From NCBI RefSeq assembly GCF_009914755.1, contig NC_060927.1: 64,000 bases of DNA; one strand, given 5' to 3'. This document shows, in pieces, positions 58,034 through 64,000 of this stretch (the stretch's first letter is position 1; each line of letters begins with the position of its first letter). Both the position numbers and the translations under genes were made by a program. This stretch comes from the human T2T-CHM13v2.0 reference genome, Homo sapiens. The notes under the pieces were generated by a model. That model made no database searches. It was not told the origin of the DNA and saw only the letters and a program-made list of their open reading frames with translations.

Positions 58034-59831
58034 AATACAATTTGCTGTCCATCCGGTCCCATGTCCTAGTTTCCTCTCTGGCCATGCTTTCTCACAGGGG
58101 TTCCCAGTTGCTCTCCTCATTTCCATCTTTGCTCCCTGACCAGGCCCCTGCTGCTTTTGCTTTCTCGCTGCTTTTGCTTTCTCTGCTGCATTCCCTGGAT
58201 TTGTCTGACAGTCCAGGGTTCTTGTCTCCTTGCCGTTGTCTCTCTCAGTCATCTCAGAGTGGTAATAGAGAAGCTAGTTGATGGCCAGGGAAAAGCTACA
58301 GAGAGCTAATGTCTGCTGCTCCTTGCTTCTCTTCCTGTCACCTTTGGGCCTTTGTTGAATGAACAAGTGGAGAGTAAGTAGAGAAAGGGGTTTCCTGAAA
58401 CATTTCCAGCCTGTTCTTTTAAGTGCTTTTTTTCCTCAGGATTTTATAGTCCTATACGTGGTAGGTAGGCGGATGGGCGGGTGGTGGGGGAGGTATTACA
58501 GCAAAATGCTTACATATTCTTTTCACCTCTTGTTTTCTTTTTTGTTCTCAACTGGGACCTACTATTCTCCTCCCCATTGCTGAAAGGCAAATTCTTAGAA
58601 AGGGGCCATTTAGAGTATGTGTAGCTGAAGAACCTCAAATAGTTCTTCATTTAGCAAATATTTAATTTCTTGAGTTCTTTTTATGTTTTGAATATTCTTA
58701 GAGATACGAAAATGAATTTGATGTAGATTCTGCCCTTAAAGGGGTTTAAGTAAAATCTAGAAGCAGAATTTACACAGACAACCACACAGAAAACCCTAAA
58801 TCTAAAGCCGATATGTAAACACATGATTACCATAGTAAGTGAGAACCTTGTACCGCGTTGGAGAAGTGTGAAGGGTCTCCCCAGAAGACATTGTTTTTCC
58901 TGGGGAGGGGATCACAGTAGTACAGATGTGAAAAATCTGCCCTAATGTTTTTTGTTTGCACTATGTGGATGGAAATGAAAACTTACCTGTAACAAACAGT
59001 TTTATCTATAGAATGTTTTATAAACCTATTTTTGTTCCTTTTCTATTATATGTCTACACAGAATATAAATTTACCCCATCAGGTGAAAGCTCAGCATAGG
59101 TGTGCAAGCCCCACTTGGCTAAAATATTGGTTAGAGCAATAAAATCCTGTGTTCCATTCCCAAACCAGTTCCAAGCCAGGTAATGGGTTGAAAAGGCCTT
59201 TGATTAGTTGGATTTCCTATAAACCAACTCTAAAGTACGCATGCATTGATTGAATTAATAGAAGAGCCCTTCATTCCCTTGCCAGAGCCTGGTGTTGCTT
59301 AATCTTTTAGTAGTTCCACTAAAGCTTTTGGTTTCTAAGCCCAAATGAGATTACAACCAGCAAATTTTAAAGAAGTGGAGCTAAGAGAGACGAGTATAGT
59401 AATAACAAGTCTGAAAAACTGCAAGAGGACACAAGAATTCTGAGTGAGCCTGGTAGTTTCTAGTGAGATTTCCATTTAAAGTTTTGATAGTTAACCTTCC
59501 ATGGACTATCTCAGATCATTCTTTGGATTCATAAAGTATTTTTGTTAGTTTCCTTGCCATAGCCAAATAAAAATAATCTCTGAATTGAGTTAGGAAATTT
59601 AGTTCCTGCTACAACTGCAGATTTCATGTACAGGAAGAGGAAGGGGTGGGCAATTACAGAGGATTAGGGAACATCCCTTTAGAGTTCTTCCTGGGATGAC
59701 AATGGTCGAATGAGATAATGTGAGAGTGCTTTGCAGTTGGAAAGTGCTGTAGGAACCCTGAATTCATCTGAAACTGTAGCTTAGTGTTTAAATGATGTCT
59801 GTTATTACTTTTTTGAATAGTCTGGAGTGCT

Positions 59832-60321
59832 TGTTAAAGAAAAAATTATTCTGTGATATTTGTTGAATGAAGCACAGTGAGGAAGACTTTACTCAGGGCC
59901 CTTGTAATAGCTATAGGGACCACTGCAATAGGGTCTTGCAGTGGGGGAGAGAGAATAGGCTCAATTCTGAATACATCATCATGGGCAAGTGGGAATTTAT
60001 AGCCAAGGAGCAGTGTGGGGATCAGTGGATGGAAAATTACTAAGACAAAACCTAAGGGGTAAGGGGGCTTCTGACTCAATTGCCCTAATAAGATTCTTGG
60101 TGAAGACAGGCCAGGGTGTTGAGACATTACCTGGGGAGATGGTGGAGGATGAGGAACTTGATCAGATATTGGAGATGATCAGAAATTGAGGATGGAGGGT
60201 TCTGAAACTGACTTAACAGGATTCTTTGCTAAAACCAGATTCTACAAGGAAATACACATATGGGCCTAGCGGAAGATACAGAACCCTAACTGAAGTTTGG
60301 CTGACCAAAGAATCTTTGTTA
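59832..60321 (-). mobile_element. MER31-like ERV1 solo LTR
   Basis: Ends tgttaaagaaaaaattattc.. and ..aatctttgtta. Internal gggaatttatagccaaggagcag..ggaaaattactaag. Confidence 0.65.
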
Positions 60322-60766
60322 CTGTTAAGTATTCGGATTCCTGGGCCTAATGCCAGGTCTACTGAATCAAGATCTCTGAAGACAAAGATGTCAGAATCTA
60401 CATTTTAACAGACTCCTTGGGCACTTCTTTTACCCATTACGTTAGAGCTGCTTAGATAGAAGTTGCAACTTTTTTGGAGTCTGAGTTTGTAGTTGTAAAA
60501 CTTTGCTTTTTGATAGAAGGTGAGTATGAATGTGGTAGCTCAATCAGAGTGGGCCACATTGTAACTAAGTGAAGGGATTCTCAAACATCTGTCTTGGAGA
60601 TAGAGATGGAAAGATTCATGTCTTGAAAGCTTATACTGTATTATATTTAATTTCCTTATATGATAAAATTTACCAAATAGCTCTGAGGAAGGAATCATTT
60701 TTACCACCATCTTTTTTTTTTTTTTTTTTTTGCACAGGGGCAAATTGAAGCTTAGAAAGGAACTTT

Positions 60767-61162
60767 TTCTTTTCTTTTATAAAATTTTACTTTAAGTTCC
60801 AGGATACATGTGCAGAACGTGCAGGTTTATTACATAGGTAAATGTGTACTATGGTGGTTTGCTGCACCTTAACCCATCGCCTAGGTATTAAGCCCTGCAT
60901 GCATTAGTTATTTGTCCTGATGCTCTCCCTCCCCTCACCCCTGTCCCTGACAGGCCCCAGTGTGTGTTGTTCCCCTCCCTGTGTCCTTGTGTTCTCATTG
61001 TTCAACTCCCACTTATGAGTGAGAACATGCAGTGTTCGGTTGTCTGTTCCTCTGTTAGTTTGCTGAGGATGATGCTTCCAGCTTCATCCATGTCCCTGCA
61101 GAGGACGTGATCTCATTTCTTTTTGTGGCTGCATAGTATTCCATGGTGTCTGTGTACCACAT
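60767..61162 (-). mobile_element. 5'-truncated L1PA (about PA8-PA10) 3' UTR, inserted in a MIR
   Basis: Primate L1 3' UTR. Perfect 15-bp TSD ttagaaaggaacttt at 60752-60766 and 61163-61177. Confidence 0.9.
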
Positions 61163-62128
61163 TTAGAAAGGAACTTTCTTAGGACCATACAACTGGTTGT
61201 GGAAGGAGCAGAAATTGAACACTGGCCTGTCTGGGTCTGAAGCCCAAGCTCTCAGCCTCCATGCACTCTGAATTGCCTAGTGCTGATGGCCACAGTCATC
61301 AGGGAATAGAGGTTAAGGGAGGAGAGGCAGGCAGAGGCTAAAGTGTCACTCCAGCTGTGGGCTAAAGGATGCTGACCTGTGGACATTAGCCCAAACCCCA
61401 GCAAACCCATTAGGCATGATACACTACTATGTAAATTTAAGGCCTAGGAGACATTTGTAGCAAGCTGGTTGCTGTCACCGAGAGCTCATATATTGACTTT
61501 GTCAAGCAAGAGTGAGAAGAGAAGATCACATGTTTTACTTAACATTGCCTGTAAACTTTTCACAAGACTTTTCAAATCAATACTTATGCTTTTTCTTTCC
61601 ATATTGTAAGACACTCAGACTGGTAAGTGAAGGGACTTTAAAGCTTGGCATTGGTTTAGGGCTGTAGCTATGGGGGTAGCAGGAAAAGATGGGAGGAGGG
61701 AAAAGCGAAAGAGCTGGACACATGTGGACACTCAGCCGGGGCATCCCTGGGACCCCACATTCTTGAGATTTTATTATGTCTTGAGACCAAATATATGTGG
61801 AGGGAGTGATGGTAAAGGTGATAAAAGTGCAAGTTATAATAGAATTTCATAGATAGGGAAAATTGAAAGAAGGATAATATAGTTTATGGGTAAAAAGCCT
61901 GTGCCACATTCTGAGAGCTTCAGGGTCTTTTTCTTCCACACTACCCCCTTCAGCGCCTCCACATACCCAGGGGGTAAGCTCTAGTATTTTTGATTTTCAT
62001 ATTTCTGCCTTGTGATTAAATATGAATACCATATTGACTAGAAAATTGGTTTGTCTTTAAATTATGGTTTTGAAAAGGTTTACTCTCTTTTGCTATTCCA
62101 TAGAGGTTAGTAGGCCATAGGGCCCCTT

Positions 62129-62446
<318 letters not shown>

Positions 62447-62684
62447 GGGCCTGTTTATAACTATTATGCTCAAGGTAAATGTAGAATGTAGAAATTAAGG
62501 TGAATAAAACATTCATATTAAAAGCAAAACATTAATTTTGTATGTTCAGGATATATGGTATGAGCTGGGACACCTGGGCTTTGAGCCACAACTTCACTGT
62601 CTACAACACACACAAACTTCCTCCCTCCCCCACTGTATCCCCTCCCCCACCACCTCCGACCTCCACCCCAACTGTAAAAGTTGA

Positions 62685-62959
62685 AGCTGAGCATGGTGGC
62701 TCCCGGCTGTAATTCCAATACTTCGATAAGTTAAGGTGGGAGGACCACTTGAGCCCAGGAGTTTGATGTTAGCCTGGGCAACATGGCAAGACTCCGTCTC
62801 TACAAAAAATACAAAAAGTTAGCTGGGCATGGTGGCGACTGCCTGTAGACTGAGCTACTTGGGATGCTGAGGTAGGAGGATCATTTGAGCCCAGATGACA
62901 TCACTGCACTCCAGCCCAGGCAACAGAGTGAGGCCCTGTCTCCAAAAAAAAAAAAAAAA
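62685..62959 (+). mobile_element. AluJ with a right-arm deletion
   Basis: Diverged dimer with A tail. Confidence 0.85.
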
Positions 62960-63299
62960 GAGTGTAAACAGGTAATTTTACTGGGCCTTAGTTTCGTTTC
63001 TTCATCTCTCTGATGAGGGGTGTGGCTGAATGACCTCTTTGGGGTTTTTACATTTCACAGTTGTCAATCATAATTTTCTGTGACCCTGACCAAGCCTCAC
63101 TCTGACCTAATGACTCATACAAACATTTCTCTTCTTCTCTTCATGTTTGCGTATTTTGATTGCACATGTACCTTGGACTTAGTGGGGTCACTGGCAAAGC
63201 AAGTGTATTTTCTGAAATACACCAGAGAAGTGGGTGTGCACAGTGTTTTCCCTTGGGTGGAGCCATGCTTCTGCTGTCCTTCCAGCTGGAATCTGTCAG

Positions 63300-63452
63300 A
63301 TGTGGACTGTGGATCTCCTGAGTGCTTAGTAAAAATGCAGAATCCTGGGCCCCTTGCAGACCTGTTGAGGGGGAGTCTCTGGAAGTAAGGCTCTGGGCTC
63401 TGCATTTTAATAAGCCCCTAAGTGATCCCCAGGCTCACTACTGTTTGAGAAC
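63300..63452. mobile_element. MER5-like MITE
   Basis: aaaatgcagaatcctgggccc..tgcattttaataagcccc..tttgagaac. Confidence 0.65.
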
Positions 63453-63574
63453 ATGAATGATTCTCCTCTAAGTATGCACTGTGGTCTTTAGATAGAACCC
63501 ATGGTTCCCTCAAGGCAGGGGTCATGCTGTGTGTGTGTTTATAAATGAAACTTCTCAGGATAAATTGTGATCAT

Positions 63575-63990
63575 CTAGTTTATTCACTCATGAAACAAAT
63601 ACTTGCATCCTTCTTTTATACAAAGTCCTGTGTTAGTTGTGGGAATGGAGAGAAGAGAATGTATCTAAGGAGGCAGAGCAGACAGATTTTGGCAACTGAT
63701 TAGATATGAGGGATGTGGGAGAGGTCAAAGTTAGCTAGCGGGTTTGATCCGGAGTGTGGGACTCTAGTTGTGCCAGTACAGAAATGGGCAGACAGTCATT
63801 GGAACAGTTTTGAGAAGAAAGATGCCCATATAGGAAAGAGCCCATAGAATGGTTATAAAATATGCCTGGATTTGTGGAACCAGTTCTAAAGCTGGCATTA
63901 CTTTCAGATTCTTAGTATCTTAGAGGTGGGTGTGATCTTGTAGATCCTGTTTCAGTCTCCTCAGAAGCGGGGAAAATTGGTATCATTTGG
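63575..63990 (-). mobile_element. L2 fragments
   Basis: ttcactcatgaaacaaatactt.., ttggcaactgattagatatgaggg.. Confidence 0.45.
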
Positions 63991-64000
63991 AGGCTATTGT

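Overview
Primate, almost certainly human, genomic DNA: AT-rich, CpG-depleted and dense in Alu, L1, MIR, LTR and MER repeats. The only supportable coding sequence is one 76-nt exon at 15550-15625 (+), with AG/GT boundaries, encoding VILVQVNPGETFTIRAEDGTLQCIQ(G). I recognise this as the N-terminal region of FNDC3B (human 3q26, usually numbered exon 3), so the rest of the window is the two long introns flanking it. The other ORFs in the track are repeat-derived or chance. I see no convincing new multi-component biological system. The best small-scale leads are: (1) an Alu whose target-site duplications enclose 17 bp of extra 3' sequence ending in TTT plus a short A run, a possible Pol III 3' transduction; (2) an in-frame internal 5' splice site inside the exon; (3) a 21-nt in-frame microexon candidate at 58440-58460; (4) a composite kB-like/ISRE element 1 kb after the exon; (5) duplicated STAT sites; (6) three fold-back or template-switch scars. 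Repeat subfamily names come from recalled consensus sequences. Repeat boundaries are approximate unless a TSD is quoted.
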